Assembly (NCBI GenBank): GCA_051251915.1
Contig: JBPOGF010000007.1
Coordinates: forward strand, 103,675 to 167,674
Direction: 5' to 3'
Length of the DNA: 64,000 bases
Source: Akkermansiaceae bacterium
Lineage (GTDB): Bacteria; Verrucomicrobiota; Verrucomicrobiia; Verrucomicrobiales; Akkermansiaceae
Positions within the stretch are counted from its first letter, which is position 1; each line of letters opens with the position of its first letter. Position numbers and translations under genes: made by a program. Positions 20,845 to 32,184 of the stretch are shown here, in pieces. The notes below the pieces were generated by a model that saw nothing but the letters and a program-made list of their open reading frames with translations, was not told where the DNA came from and ran no database searches.

Positions 20845-21732
20845 TTAGGGGATGTATTTTTGGAGGATGGGGCGGATTTTTTCTACGGTGTCTTTTGGCC
20901 AGTTATCTGGCTGGGTGACGATGGATAGGGCTAGGGTGGAGTGCTCTGGCCAGGTGGCGTCTGTGGGGATGTGGGGGATGGCTTGTTTGATGATTTTCTG
21001 GGCGTTGTTAGAGTTTTCTGTTAGGTGGCCGATGACGGTTTGTAGGGAGACGGGTTCTTCTTCTACTTTCCAGCAGTCGTAGTCGGTGATCATGGCGAGG
21101 GTGGAGAGGGAGATTTCTGCTTCGCGGGCGAGTTTGGCTTCGGCGACATTTGTCATGCCGATGACGTCGAACCCTAGTTGACGGTTGGCGTTGCTTTCTG
21201 CTCTGGTGGAGAATGCGGGGCCGTCCATGTTTACGTAGGTGCCGCGGTCGTGGACGTTGTATGGGGTGTCTTTTGTAGTTTCCTTGGCGGCGGTGCTGAG
21301 GATGGTGCGGAGGTTTTCGCTGATGGGGTCTGCGAAGGGGATGTGTGCGGCGATGCCGTCGCCGAAGAAGGTGTGCTCGTTTCTTCTGCTGGTGCGGTCG
21401 AAGTATTGGTCAAAGAGGACGATGTCTCTGGGGGCGTATTGTTGCTGGAGGCTACCGACGGCGGTGACGCAGATGATGTATGAGACGCCGAGGGATTTGA
21501 GTGCCCAGATGTTAGCGCGGTGGTTGATCTCGTGCGGGAGGATGGTGTGGCCTCTGCCGTGGCGGGGGAGGAAGTAGACTTGTCTGCCGGCGAGCTTGCC
21601 GCTCATGATGGCGTCTGATGGGTGGCCGAATGGGGTGTGGATGGTGATTTCTTCTTCGAGTGTGAAGCCGTCCATTTTATAGAGTCCTGTGCCGCCGATG
21701 ATGGCGATGTGGTTTGCTGTGGTGTTTGACAT
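20845..21732 (-). CDS. mtnP: S-methyl-5'-thioadenosine phosphorylase
   Basis: IIGGTGLY, PRHGRGH, TAVGSL, GPAFSTRAES, GMTNVAEA and TDYDCW. Confidence 0.93.
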   Translation of the reverse strand: MSNTTANHIAIIGGTGLYKMDGFTLEEEITIHTPFGHPSDAIMSGKLAGRQVYFLPRHGRGHTILPHEINHRANIWALKSLGVSYIICVTAVGSLQQQYAPRDIVLFDQYFDRTSRRNEHTFFGDGIAAHIPFADPISENLRTILSTAAKETTKDTPYNVHDRGTYVNMDGPAFSTRAESNANRQLGFDVIGMTNVAEAKLAREAEISLSTLAMITDYDCWKVEEEPVSLQTVIGHLTENSNNAQKIIKQAIPHIPTDATWPEHSTLALSIVTQPDNWPKDTVEKIRPILQKYIP

Positions 21733-21803
21733 GGCAGTAAGCTAGATGAGGATGGAAGATTTGAAAGTTGAAAAGTTATTAAGATCTAGCTATAGTGGGG
21801 GAG

Positions 21804-22604
21804 ATGAAAAAACTTACCTCCAGACTTACTTCGAATCGATTTGCATTGCTAATTTTATGTGTGGCTTGCTTGTTTGTTTTTGTAGGATCTACGGTGACAG
21901 GAGTGGCGAGGGTTATTGATACTACGAATCCGTCCCAGTTGTCTGAGAAGGATTATGCAAATGGAGCAAAACGGGCAGCTGATGCGGCTAAGCGGGTAGT
22001 TCCGAGGTTGGAGCAGGAGATGTATAAAACTGGGGTCGCTGTTGGGAATCCGGTTTTTATCAGGGTGATCAAGGAGACGCGCGAGCTTGAGGTGTGGTTG
22101 CTGAATAGGAAGACGAAGAGGTATCAGGAGTTTAAGAGGTATAGGATCATGGCGATGTCTGGAGGGTTAGGGCCTAAGGTTTATGAGGGGGATATGCAGG
22201 CGGTGGAGGGATTTTATAGTTTTGGTCGTGGGGCGTTGAATCCTCAGAGTCGGTTTCATTTGTCGTTTAATTTGGGATATCCGAATCGGTATGATAGGGC
22301 TCATGGGCGGACTGGTCATTCGTTGATGGTGCATGGGAATCAGGTTTCAGCTGGGTGCTTGGCGATGACGGATTATTATGTGGAGGAGATATACACGTTG
22401 TGTGCGGCGGCGCTGAGTAATGGTCAGGTGGCGGTTCCGGTGCATTGTTTTCCGTTTCGGATGACTGATGCGAATATGAAGGCGATGAAGGATAGTCAGT
22501 GGTATGGTTTTTGGCAGAATTTGAAGGTTGGGTATGATGCGTTTGAGAAGGGGAAGGTGCCACCGCGGATTAGTGTGAGCGGTGGTAGATATGTGGTTAA
22601 ATAA
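21804..22604 (+). CDS. YafK/DpaA-like L,D-transpeptidase-family protein
   Basis: VFIRVIKE, GPKVYEGDMQAVEGFY and MVHGNQVSAGCLAM (YkuD His/Cys). Confidence 0.88.
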   Translation: MKKLTSRLTSNRFALLILCVACLFVFVGSTVTGVARVIDTTNPSQLSEKDYANGAKRAADAAKRVVPRLEQEMYKTGVAVGNPVFIRVIKETRELEVWLLNRKTKRYQEFKRYRIMAMSGGLGPKVYEGDMQAVEGFYSFGRGALNPQSRFHLSFNLGYPNRYDRAHGRTGHSLMVHGNQVSAGCLAMTDYYVEEIYTLCAAALSNGQVAVPVHCFPFRMTDANMKAMKDSQWYGFWQNLKVGYDAFEKGKVPPRISVSGGRYVVK

Positions 22605-22670
22605 TTATTTCGACTTTGGGGGGAGATGCTGGGCTTGTTAAGAACTCATGATGACAGCCTTGTGGTGAAG

Positions 22671-22687
22671 TTGGCATTGCATGTGCT
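22671..22687 (+). promoter_or_regulatory. Sigma54 (-24/-12) promoter of the transglutaminase/ATP-grasp operon
   Basis: TTGGCATTGCATGTGCT has GG-N10-GC spacing and lies about 107 bp before the ATG. Confidence 0.65.
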
Positions 22688-22793
22688 AGTATTATGAGTA
22701 GTATGATGACTTGTTAATTAACGAAGCATACGGAGTACATCCGAGAGGGGTGTTATCTGTATTCTACTAACGAAGTTACCTACCTCAAAACCT

Positions 22794-25700
22794 ATGGCAA
22801 TACGTATAGCGCTACATCATAAAACACATTACTCCTACGATCGACTAGCTACATTAGGACCGCAAGTTGTTCGATTACGACCTGCACCACATTGTCGCAC
22901 GCCGATAGTAAGCTACTCATTGAAGGTTGTTCCTGAAGACCATTTTTTAAATTGGCAGCAGGATCCTCAGAGTAATTATTTAGCGCGTTTGGTGATTAAT
23001 CAACCGACTAGGGAGTTTGGAGTTGAGGTGGATCTGGTAGTGGATCTTGCGCCGATTAACCCTTTTGACTTTTTCTTGGATGAGTATGCTGAAGAGTTTC
23101 CATTTGAGTATAATCCGGCATTGAAGCGAGATTTACGTCCTTTCTTTGAGAGTGAGCCGATGGAGGAGCTTTTCAAGGAGTTTTATGAATCTGTTGACCG
23201 TACGAAGGTGCGTTCTATTGATTTCATTGGGATGGTGAATCAAATGGTGAATGCTAAGCTTAGCTATGGATTGAGGATGGATCCGGGTATTTATACGCCG
23301 GAGGAGACGTTAGAATTAGGGAAGGGTAGTTGCCGTGATTTTGCGTGGTTGTTGGTGAATTTGTATCGTCATTTAGGTTTAGCTGCGCGGTTTGTTTCTG
23401 GTTATTCTATTCAACTGGTACCTGATGAAAAGCCTATCGAAGAGTCTGCGGCTGCAGGTGTGACCGAGGATGTGTGTGATTTACATGCATGGTGTGAGGT
23501 GTATTTACCTGGTGCAGGCTGGGTGGGTGTGGATCCGACTAGTGGTTTATTCTGTGGGGAGGGTCATATTCCGTTGGCCACTTCTGCGGATGCTAGTGGT
23601 GCGGCTCCAATTGAGGGTGGCATTACTGAGTGTGAGGCGGAGTTTGGGTATGAGATGTCTGTGACACGGATTCATGAGGATCCTAGGGTGACTAAGCCAT
23701 ATACTGAAGGTCAGTGGCAGGCTATATTGGCACTGGGGGATAGGATAGATAAGAGGCTGCAGGATGCTGATGTTCGTTTAAGTATGGGCGGTGAGCCGAC
23801 GTTTGTTTCTTTATTTGATCAGGATGGAGATGAGTGGACTACGGAGGCTGTGGGGCCAACTAAGAAGATACTTTCTGATAAGTTGATACGCAAGTTGCGC
23901 AAGAATTTTGGACCTAACGGGTTGTTGCATTATGGACAGGGTAAATGGTATCCGGGTGAGGCGCTTCCTCGCTGGGAGATAGGACTTTACTGGAGACGAG
24001 ATGGAACGGCAATATGGCAGGATGATAAGTGGATAGGTGATGAAGAGGAAGATTATGGATTTACGCATGATGATGCACTTAGATTTACTGAGGAACTGAC
24101 TCGCCAACTCGATGTTGATAAGCATTATATTAATCCTGCTTTTGAGGATCCGGTTCGCTATTCATTGCGTGAGCGTGAGCTGCCAGTGAATGTGGATCCA
24201 CTTAATAGCAAGTTAGACGATCCTCGTGAGCGTGATGAATTGCTGAAAGTTTTTGAGCGCGGTTTGAATGTTCCAGTTGGGTATGTATTGCCTTTGGAGC
24301 GGACTAAAGGATCTGCGAAAGAGTGGCATAGTGGGATATGGATGTTACGCGGTAAGCGTCTATTTTTGATGCCAGGGGATTCACCGATTGGACTTAGACT
24401 TCCTTTGGATAGTTTGCCTTGGGTGAAGGAGGGTGATATGCCTTATCGTTTCCCAAGTGATCCGTCTCATAGACATCCTAACTTACCTGGGCGGAGGGCT
24501 GTAGTGGTGCCTCAGGACCGTGATCAAGATTACAAGGTAAGGGAGAGTGAGCGTTTAGAGCAAGAGCAGGAGGCTGCGGATAACTTTGAGGATGTGCTGA
24601 ATAGTGAAGAACAGAATCGAGTGCCGTATGCTGGAGAGTCAGCGCCATGGGTGGTTCGAACAGCATTATGTATTGAGTGCCGTAAAGGTAAAATTTATGT
24701 TTTCATGCCGCCTATTCAGGAGATTGAGGATTATTTAGATCTAATTGCTGCTTTAGAGAATACTGCGGCAGTGACTGAAATTCCATTGATTATTGAGGGG
24801 TATACTCCTCCGCATGATCCACGAGTTGACTATATGAAAGTCACTCCTGATCCAGGCGTGATCGAGGTAAATGTGCAGCCTGCTTATTCATGGAAGGAGC
24901 TGGTTAGTAATACCAATACGATTTATAAAGAAGCAAGGTTGCTTTATCTAGGGACTGATAAGTATCAGGTTGATGGTAGACATACGGGAACAGGTGGTGG
25001 AAATCACATCGTTGTCGGTGGGGCTACTCCTGCGGATTCGCCATTCTTGCGTCGACCAGATTTGCTGAAGTCTTTGATCGGATTTTGGATGAACCATCCA
25101 TCATTGAGTTACTTGTTTAGTGGTTTGTTTATAGGACCTACTTCACAGGCGCCTAGGGTGGATGAAGGTAGGCCGGATGCAGCGTATGAAATGGAGTTGG
25201 CGTTTAAGCAGGTTCCTTCTGCGAATGAGGATAATATTCCGCCTTGGTTGGTTGATAGGATTTTCCGTCATTTGCTGACTGATTTGACGGGTAATACTCA
25301 TCGTGCTGAATTCTGTATTGATAAGATGTTTTCTCCGGATAGCACCACTGGTCGACTTGGCTTGGTGGAGTTCCGAGGGTTTGAAATGCCTCCGCATGCG
25401 CGGATGAGTCTGACGCAACAATTACTTTTACGGGCATTGATCATTCATTTCTGGGATCATCCGTATGAGGCTCCACTTACACGCTGGCGGACGAATCTTC
25501 ATGATCGGTTCATGTTGCCGCATTTTGTTAGTGAAGACTTCAATTTGGTTCTCAATGAGTTGAATAATCATGGCTTCGAATTTCAGCCGGAGTGGTTCAC
25601 TACGCATGTGGAGTTCCGTTTCCCAATTATCGGATCAACTTGTGTGGATGGGGTGACTATTGAGTTGCGCCAAGCGATAGAGCCTTGGTTAGTGCTGGGT

Positions 25701-26159
25701 GAAGAGGCTGGTGGGGGCGGAACGTCTCGCTATGTTGACTCTTCACTAGAGCGGATGCAGGTCATGGTAACAGGTTTCAATGATGTGAGCCAAGCGATCA
25801 GTGTGAATGGGATAGAGCTTCCGTTGACACCGACTGGAAGGCCGGGTGAGTTTGTGGCTGGTGTTCGCTACCGAGCATGGCAGCCGCCTAGCTGTCTGCA
25901 TCCGACGATTCCGGTTCATGCTCCATTGATCTTTGATTTGGTGGATCGCCGCAATGCGCGAGCGATTGGTGGTTGCACGTATTACGTTAGCCATCCTGGT
26001 GGACGTAGTCATGAGAAATTCCCGGTGAATGCATTGGAGGCTGAGACACGCCGTGCTGAGCGCTTCCATTCATTAGGACATACTCCAGGACCATTTACAA
26101 TGCGTAGACTGGAACGTTCTCCAGAAATGCCAATTACCCTCGACCTTAGACGCAAATAA
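22794..26159 (+). CDS. Transglutaminase fused to DUF2126 putative amidoligase (COOH-NH2 ligase)
   Basis: Triad GSCRDFA / DLHAW / VDPT; ligase-like motifs [24 protein letters not shown] and [10 protein letters not shown]. Confidence 0.93.
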   Translation: MAIRIALHHKTHYSYDRLATLGPQVVRLRPAPHCRTPIVSYSLKVVPEDHFLNWQQDPQSNYLARLVINQPTREFGVEVDLVVDLAPINPFDFFLDEYAEEFPFEYNPALKRDLRPFFESEPMEELFKEFYESVDRTKVRSIDFIGMVNQMVNAKLSYGLRMDPGIYTPEETLELGKGSCRDFAWLLVNLYRHLGLAARFVSGYSIQLVPDEKPIEESAAAGVTEDVCDLHAWCEVYLPGAGWVGVDPTSGLFCGEGHIPLATSADASGAAPIEGGITECEAEFGYEMSVTRIHEDPRVTKPYTEGQWQAILALGDRIDKRLQDADVRLSMGGEPTFVSLFDQDGDEWTTEAVGPTKKILSDKLIRKLRKNFGPNGLLHYGQGKWYPGEALPRWEIGLYWRRDGTAIWQDDKWIGDEEEDYGFTHDDALRFTEELTRQLDVDKHYINPAFEDPVRYSLRERELPVNVDPLNSKLDDPRERDELLKVFERGLNVPVGYVLPLERTKGSAKEWHSGIWMLRGKRLFLMPGDSPIGLRLPLDSLPWVKEGDMPYRFPSDPSHRHPNLPGRRAVVVPQDRDQDYKVRESERLEQEQEAADNFEDVLNSEEQNRVPYAGESAPWVVRTALCIECRKGKIYVFMPPIQEIEDYLDLIAALENTAAVTEIPLIIEGYTPPHDPRVDYMKVTPDPGVIEVNVQPAYSWKELVSNTNTIYKEARLLYLGTDKYQVDGRHTGTGGGNHIVVGGATPADSPFLRRPDLLKSLIGFWMNHPSLSYLFSGLFIGPTSQAPRVDEGRPDAAYEMELAFKQVPSANEDNIPPWLVDRIFRHLLTDLTGNTHRAEFCIDKMFSPDSTTGRLGLVEFRGFEMPPHARMSLTQQLLLRALIIHFWDHPYEAPLTRWRTNLHDRFMLPHFVSEDFNLVLNELNNHGFEFQPEWFTTHVEFRFPIIGSTCVDGVTIELRQAIEPWLVLGEEAGGGGTSRYVDSSLERMQVMVTGFNDVSQAISVNGIELPLTPTGRPGEFVAGVRYRAWQPPSCLHPTIPVHAPLIFDLVDRRNARAIGGCTYYVSHPGGRSHEKFPVNALEAETRRAERFHSLGHTPGPFTMRRLERSPEMPITLDLRRK

Positions 26160-26173
26160 ACAACGATATCACT

Positions 26174-27610
26174 ATGGAAATTCAATATAAAACAGGAGCA
26201 TTTTTTGACGAGATGTTTGAGTCAGATGGCGTGGTGCGTCCGCACTATAATAATTTTTACGAACGCTTTAGTAAGTTCTCACAGGAGGATTTTGATAGGA
26301 AACGTGAAGCCACTGATCTTGCATTTTTGCAGCAAGGTGTGACGTTTACTGTTTATGGTGATGAGGAGAGCACTGAGCGAATTTTCCCATTTGATATGGT
26401 TCCAAGGATTATTCCTAAGACTGAGTGGGAGTTGCTAGAAGTGGGATTAGAGCAGCGTATTACGGCTCTGAATTTGTTTCTGCATGATATTTACCATGAC
26501 CAGAAGATTATTAAGGACAAAGTGGTTCCGCGTGAGGTTTTAGATACTGCGAAGCATTTCCGTAAGGAGATGATGGGTGTTGATGTGCCTAACAATATTT
26601 ATATTCACATTTGTGGAACTGATTTGATCCGTGATGACCAGGGGCAGTATTTGGTGCTTGAGGATAATGGGCGTTGTCCATCTGGGGTTTCTTATATGTT
26701 AGAGAATCGTCAGGCTATGAGGCGTGCGATGCCACAGTTATTTGCTAATGCGGGTATTCGTAGTGTGGTGGATTACCCTGAGAAATTACTAGATACTCTC
26801 AGAAGTATCACGCCGAATGGGAAAGAAAATCCTACGGTTGCAGTTCTAACACCTGGGGTGTTTAACAGTGCTTATTTTGAGCATTGTTCATTGGCTAGGC
26901 AGATGGGTGTAGAAATTGTGGAGGGGCGCGACTTGGTGGTCGAATCTGATAATTGTGTTTACATGCGCACGATTACAGGTTTGAAGCAAGTGGATGTTCT
27001 TTATCGCCGGATTGATGATGATTATATTGATCCTGAGGTATTCCAGAAAGATTCTTTACTCGGTGTTCCGGGGCTGATGCGGGCTTATAAGGCGGGGAAT
27101 CTTGGTTTGGCAAATGCCATCGGGACTGGGGTTGCTGATGATAAGGTGATGTATGCTTATGTGCCTGAGATTATTAAATATTACCTCGGTCAAGATGCGA
27201 TATTGCCGAATGTAGAAACGTGGTTACCATTCCGTAAGAATGATTTGCAACACACGCTTGATAATATGGAGAATCTGGTGGTGAAGGCAGCTAATGAAGC
27301 AGGTGGCTACGGGATGATTATAGGACCTAAGGCGACTAAGAAGGAAATAGCGACTTTCAAAGATCTGGTGAAAGCCAATCCGAGGAATTACATCTCACAG
27401 ACGCCGATATCACTTTCTCAGCATCCGACATATTTTGACGATGGGTTTGATGGGCGACATATTGATTTCCGTCCCTACATTCTCAGTGGTAAGAAAACTG
27501 AAATTATCCCTGGTGGTCTCACTAGGGTAGCCCTCAGAAAAGGATCTCTGGTGGTTAATTCCTCCCAAGGTGGGGGAAGTAAAGATACTTGGGTCCTCAA
27601 TCACGATTAA
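26174..27610 (+). CDS. Circularly permuted type 2 ATP-grasp protein
   Basis: [30 protein letters not shown] and [15 protein letters not shown]. Confidence 0.95.
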   Translation: MEIQYKTGAFFDEMFESDGVVRPHYNNFYERFSKFSQEDFDRKREATDLAFLQQGVTFTVYGDEESTERIFPFDMVPRIIPKTEWELLEVGLEQRITALNLFLHDIYHDQKIIKDKVVPREVLDTAKHFRKEMMGVDVPNNIYIHICGTDLIRDDQGQYLVLEDNGRCPSGVSYMLENRQAMRRAMPQLFANAGIRSVVDYPEKLLDTLRSITPNGKENPTVAVLTPGVFNSAYFEHCSLARQMGVEIVEGRDLVVESDNCVYMRTITGLKQVDVLYRRIDDDYIDPEVFQKDSLLGVPGLMRAYKAGNLGLANAIGTGVADDKVMYAYVPEIIKYYLGQDAILPNVETWLPFRKNDLQHTLDNMENLVVKAANEAGGYGMIIGPKATKKEIATFKDLVKANPRNYISQTPISLSQHPTYFDDGFDGRHIDFRPYILSGKKTEIIPGGLTRVALRKGSLVVNSSQGGGSKDTWVLNHD

Positions 27611-27628
27611 TTCAACCTATTTAATATT

Positions 27629-28618
27629 ATGCTTTGCAGAGTTGCAGATTCACTTTTTTGGTTAGGCCGCTACATGGAGCGCGCCGAAAATACCGTCCGT
27701 TTAGTCGAGGTTAATTATAACTCGATGTTAGAGGTGGAGTCGACTTCTGAAGATATTGATTATCTTCAGTGGGAGCCGATTTTATCCAGTCTTGGTGACA
27801 GGCAGTTGTTCGAGTCACTGTACGAAGATCATACTAGTTACAATGTGTCTTATTTCCTTACTTTTGATAACGAAAACCCGAGTTCGGTATTCAGCTGTAT
27901 AGCAGCGGCGAGGGAGAATGCTCGGATGATCAGGGATCAGATTTCGGTTGAAATGTGGGAGACGATCAACCGCATGTATTTGTATTTAAAGAATACGGAT
28001 GCGGAGTATGTGTGCAGGGAGCTGGATTTTGATTTCTACGAGCGGATTAAAGAATATACGCTTCTTTTTCAGGGGATCAAAGAGGTGACATTTAACCATA
28101 AGTTAGGCTACGAATTTCTGACTTGTGGGTATGAAATGGAGCGAGCTGATAAGACTTGCCGGATCTTGGATGCGAAACGTCATTTGAAGAAGTTGAATTC
28201 TGAGGATGATGACTCACTTGAGAATGCGCAGTGGTCTGCGGTGCTACGAGCTTGTAGTGCGTATGAGGCCTACTATCATGAGTTTGCTTCACAAGTGGTG
28301 GAGAATAGGATTGCTAGCTTTTTGTTACTTTCTAGAGATTTTCCACGGTCGGTGTTGTTTTGTTTGAATAGATTACAGTCGGCAATGCATGCGATATCAA
28401 ACTGTCCGGTGACACATTTCTCAAACGAGGCTGAGCGTCAAATTGGAATACTTTTATCTAAGCTAAAATACATGGCTCCAGAGGGGCTGGAAAATGGTGG
28501 GATGAAAGAAGCTATTGAAGAAATTGAGGAATCTTTATCTGAAATAGCGATTGAGTTACGAAACGAATATATGTTCTCTGAGATTACTGATCCTGCTATG
28601 GAATTAGTGGAAGAATAG
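27629..28618 (+). CDS. Alpha-E domain protein (DUF403)
   Basis: MLCRVADSLFWLGRYMERAENTVR, a second ERAD motif, and FPRSV. Confidence 0.93.
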   Translation: MLCRVADSLFWLGRYMERAENTVRLVEVNYNSMLEVESTSEDIDYLQWEPILSSLGDRQLFESLYEDHTSYNVSYFLTFDNENPSSVFSCIAAARENARMIRDQISVEMWETINRMYLYLKNTDAEYVCRELDFDFYERIKEYTLLFQGIKEVTFNHKLGYEFLTCGYEMERADKTCRILDAKRHLKKLNSEDDDSLENAQWSAVLRACSAYEAYYHEFASQVVENRIASFLLLSRDFPRSVLFCLNRLQSAMHAISNCPVTHFSNEAERQIGILLSKLKYMAPEGLENGGMKEAIEEIEESLSEIAIELRNEYMFSEITDPAMELVEE

Positions 28619-28669
28619 GTTTCACAATAGCTTGCTAATGTGTGATAGTTTGCGCCCTGTTACCTACAC

Positions 28670-31261
28670 ATGATTAGCCAATCACAATCTCAAAGCAGTA
28701 CTATAATCCAAGACAACTCCGTGACGAACCGGAAGTTGTTTCAGAAATATGTTGCCGGTTCAGTCGGTTATGACGAATGTTGCGATTCTTCTGGTGAGCT
28801 AAGACCTCATTGGAAGGAAATTGCTAAGCATTTTGATACGATTCAGACTGGTGCATGGGATACGCGTAGGGCGCAGTTGGATAAGTTGATTCAGGATTAC
28901 GGAGTTACTTACGATCTGTATAGTGAGGATTCTGGTGACCGTGGGAACTGGTCATTGGATATGGTTCCTAACTGTGTGGATGAGCTAGAGATGAACCGGA
29001 TTGAGTCGATGTTGAGTCAGCGTGCTCTGTTGCTTAATCTTACTTTGCAGGATATCTATGGTAGGCAATCATTACTTAAGGAGGGAAATATACCGCCTTA
29101 TTTGGTGATGGGGAATCCTGAATACCTGCGCCCATGTCATGGCTTGATTGGCTCTAAGCAGAAGCATATTCACGTCTATGCTGCAGATATAGCTCGCTCA
29201 CAGAATGGTGATTGGTTGGTGATGTCTGACCGGTTGGAATCTGCTGCGGGTATGGGGTATTCGCTAGAGCATAGGTCGTTGATGTCACGGGTGTTTCCTG
29301 CCATGATGACTGAGTCTGGAGCGAAGTCGTTGCAGCCATTTATTAATGAATTTTGTAGGTATGTTGACACTTTAGCTCCGCGGAATGTGGAGTCTCCTAG
29401 CATTGCTCTGTTGAGTTCTGGTCCAAGTCATCCGAATTATTTTGAGCAGTCATTTTTGGCTCGAAACTTAGGCTTTAGGCTAGTGGAGGGGGCTGATCTG
29501 ACGGTTCGCAATAACCGTTTGTATATGAAAACGGTGAGTGGTGTGGAGGCAGTAGATGTGCTTTTGAGGCGTGTTAATTCTGCGTGGTGTGATCCGCTGG
29601 AGCTTCATAATCATTCGCTTCTTGGAGTGCCTGGGCTGGTGAATGTGATCCGACAGGGGAATTTGACAGTGGCTAATGGGTTAGGGTGTGGAGTGGCTGA
29701 GTCTGTTGCGTTTCCGGCATTGTTGCCAAGGCTTTCTAGAAAATTGTTGGGTGAGCCATTGGAATGTCCATCGATAGCAACTTGGTGGTGTGGACAGGCT
29801 AGGGAGCTAGGGTATGTGTTAGCGAATCTTGAGAAATTGGTAGTGAGATCTACTTTTGAGACACCTCAATCACCAGTTTATTATGGGCCAAATCTCACTA
29901 AGAAGGAGCTCTCGAATTTAGCGAAGCGTATTCAACATAAGCCGCAGGGTTATTGTGCGCAGGAGGCGTTTTCCTTAGCTACGGTTCCTGCATCTCAGGG
30001 GCGTAGTCTGGTTCCTCGTAACTTCATGATGCGGGTGATCATGATTCCTACAGCAGGAGGGTGGAAAATAATGCCGGGTGGCTTGACTCGTTATGATGAT
30101 GATCATGTCACGTCTAGCTCTCTTAAAAATGGTGGGCATAGTAAGGATACTTGGGTGATAGGAGACCGCGGTGACGAGCACCGTTCTACTCAGGCTCCGG
30201 TCTCAGCTTCAGTCTTAGATTCTGTCAAGCGTCATAGACGACTCCGAGATGATCTGCCAAGCCGTACTGCTGATAATTTATTTTGGCTTGGAAGGTATCT
30301 TGAGCGTACTGAGTCATTAGCGAGATTACTAAAGACGTTAAGTAGTTTACTGATTAGTCAGGCTAGTAGTGTGACGTTACAAACAGCGACTCCGTTTATT
30401 ACGCAGTTACCGGAGAGCGGTGATCCCGGTGATTTTCAGCTGAATCCAGAAGCGGGCATTCTTACGCTGGTGGAGACAGAGCAACGTATGTTGCAGGCGA
30501 TTTATAATCGATCTTCGGGAGCTAGTTTATTGAGTAACTTGGACCACATTGAGCGCACGGCCTCGGCTTTGAAAGAGCGGTTGTCTAGTGATACTTGGTT
30601 ACGACTTCTTAGTGTGTGTGAGGCGGCAAAAGCGGAGCCAGTAGTGGATCCGAATGCTTATGATGATAATGTGATTCATGCGTTAGAGAGTATTTTGCAT
30701 GATCTCTCTGGATTTATCGGAACATTGATGGAAAATATGACTCGGTCATTAGGCTGGATTTACCTTCAGGTGGGACGCCGTATTGAGAGGAGTTTGGCGA
30801 TTGCCCAACTGCTGCGTGAAGCATTTGCTAGTGGTCAGATTGAGAAGGAGGGGCTGCTTGAATACTTATTGGTATGGGCGGATAGCTCGATTACTTATCG
30901 GCGTTTGTATCTGAATGTGATGGATCCTGGGAATGTTTTAGATGTGGTTTGTTTTGACGAGAATAATCCGAGATCTTTGGCTTATCAAGCGACTGACATT
31001 CAGGAACTGATGCTAAAGCTTCCGCATCACCAGATGAATCAACGTCACCCTATTGATTTGTGTACGCTGAAGTTGCATAGCCGAATAGGGCTGAGTGATT
31101 CTGAGCAACTCATCCAGCAATATAAAACCAATCCGAAATTGGTAGTAAGTTTCTTTGATGGTTTCATTCATGACTTGGAGTCGCTTTCTACGGAATTTGA
31201 TAAAACTTACTTCGCTCCTACTGCTCTTGCCAAGGAATCGGCAATGGCACTTTCTATTTAA
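28670..31261 (+). CDS. Circularly permuted ATP-grasp plus alpha-E fusion protein
   Basis: WCDPLEL, MPGGLTR and SKDTWV, then LPSRTADNLFWLGRYLERTE, GRRIER and NPRSL. Confidence 0.92.
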   Translation: MISQSQSQSSTIIQDNSVTNRKLFQKYVAGSVGYDECCDSSGELRPHWKEIAKHFDTIQTGAWDTRRAQLDKLIQDYGVTYDLYSEDSGDRGNWSLDMVPNCVDELEMNRIESMLSQRALLLNLTLQDIYGRQSLLKEGNIPPYLVMGNPEYLRPCHGLIGSKQKHIHVYAADIARSQNGDWLVMSDRLESAAGMGYSLEHRSLMSRVFPAMMTESGAKSLQPFINEFCRYVDTLAPRNVESPSIALLSSGPSHPNYFEQSFLARNLGFRLVEGADLTVRNNRLYMKTVSGVEAVDVLLRRVNSAWCDPLELHNHSLLGVPGLVNVIRQGNLTVANGLGCGVAESVAFPALLPRLSRKLLGEPLECPSIATWWCGQARELGYVLANLEKLVVRSTFETPQSPVYYGPNLTKKELSNLAKRIQHKPQGYCAQEAFSLATVPASQGRSLVPRNFMMRVIMIPTAGGWKIMPGGLTRYDDDHVTSSSLKNGGHSKDTWVIGDRGDEHRSTQAPVSASVLDSVKRHRRLRDDLPSRTADNLFWLGRYLERTESLARLLKTLSSLLISQASSVTLQTATPFITQLPESGDPGDFQLNPEAGILTLVETEQRMLQAIYNRSSGASLLSNLDHIERTASALKERLSSDTWLRLLSVCEAAKAEPVVDPNAYDDNVIHALESILHDLSGFIGTLMENMTRSLGWIYLQVGRRIERSLAIAQLLREAFASGQIEKEGLLEYLLVWADSSITYRRLYLNVMDPGNVLDVVCFDENNPRSLAYQATDIQELMLKLPHHQMNQRHPIDLCTLKLHSRIGLSDSEQLIQQYKTNPKLVVSFFDGFIHDLESLSTEFDKTYFAPTALAKESAMALSI

Positions 31262-31273
31262 TATTATTCACCT

Positions 31274-32152
31274 ATGGCAATTTACAACATCAAGCACAGA
31301 ACAGTTTATGACTATGCACACCCTGTGACGGTGTCTCATCATTCTGCTCATGTTAAACCGATAAGTAACGCGTTCCAGACCTGCCAGACATTTCGTATTG
31401 AGATAGTTCCTGAAACACATGATGTGCAAATTCGGGAGGACTATTTTGATAATGTATCTCATTTGTTCTCGATTCACGAGTTACATCAGTCATTGGTGAT
31501 GGAGACGAATAGTCAGGTTGAGGTGTTCTGTGTGGTGCCTGATTTAAAGCTGGTAAAGATGACTTGCCAAGAGTTGCGGGAGCACAATCTTCATTTGGTG
31601 GAACCAGCTGAGATTATGCAGAGTGAGTTTATGTATCCAACAGATCTGACTCCTGATTCAGCTGAGCTGCATGAGTTCGCGACTAAGAGTCTGGCACCTG
31701 ATGTGCCAGTGGGGGATGCTGTTCTAAGTTTTCTGGATGTTTTTAAAGATGAGTTTAAGTTCGATGCTAAGGCTACTGAGCATAGCACACCGATTGCGGA
31801 GGTTCTTAAGAAACGACGCGGGGTTTGTCAGGATTTTGCGCATTTGATGATAGCGGCATTTCGCTCTTGTGGGATTTGTGCGCGGTATGTCAGTGGCTAC
31901 ATTTTATCTCACCCTCCGGAAGGTAGTAAGCGACTTGAGGGGGCTGATGCATCTCACGCATGGGTTGCAGTGTTGATCCCTGAAATAGGCTGGGTGGAGA
32001 TAGATCCTACGAATCGATTAGTTTGTGGGAACGAGCATGTGCGTGTGGCGTATGGGCGAGATTACTCTGATGTTAGTATGCTAAAGGGTGCGGTGCATGG
32101 GGGGGGGAGTCATAGTGTGCATGTTGGTGTTACGATGATTCCGATCGAGTAG
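31274..32152 (+). CDS. Transglutaminase family protein
   Basis: GVCQDFAH, ARYVSGY, SHAW, IDPTN and GRDYSDV. Confidence 0.95.
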   Translation: MAIYNIKHRTVYDYAHPVTVSHHSAHVKPISNAFQTCQTFRIEIVPETHDVQIREDYFDNVSHLFSIHELHQSLVMETNSQVEVFCVVPDLKLVKMTCQELREHNLHLVEPAEIMQSEFMYPTDLTPDSAELHEFATKSLAPDVPVGDAVLSFLDVFKDEFKFDAKATEHSTPIAEVLKKRRGVCQDFAHLMIAAFRSCGICARYVSGYILSHPPEGSKRLEGADASHAWVAVLIPEIGWVEIDPTNRLVCGNEHVRVAYGRDYSDVSMLKGAVHGGGSHSVHVGVTMIPIE

Positions 32153-32184
32153 TATTAGTTGCTTGTTGCCATTTACCAGTTGGT

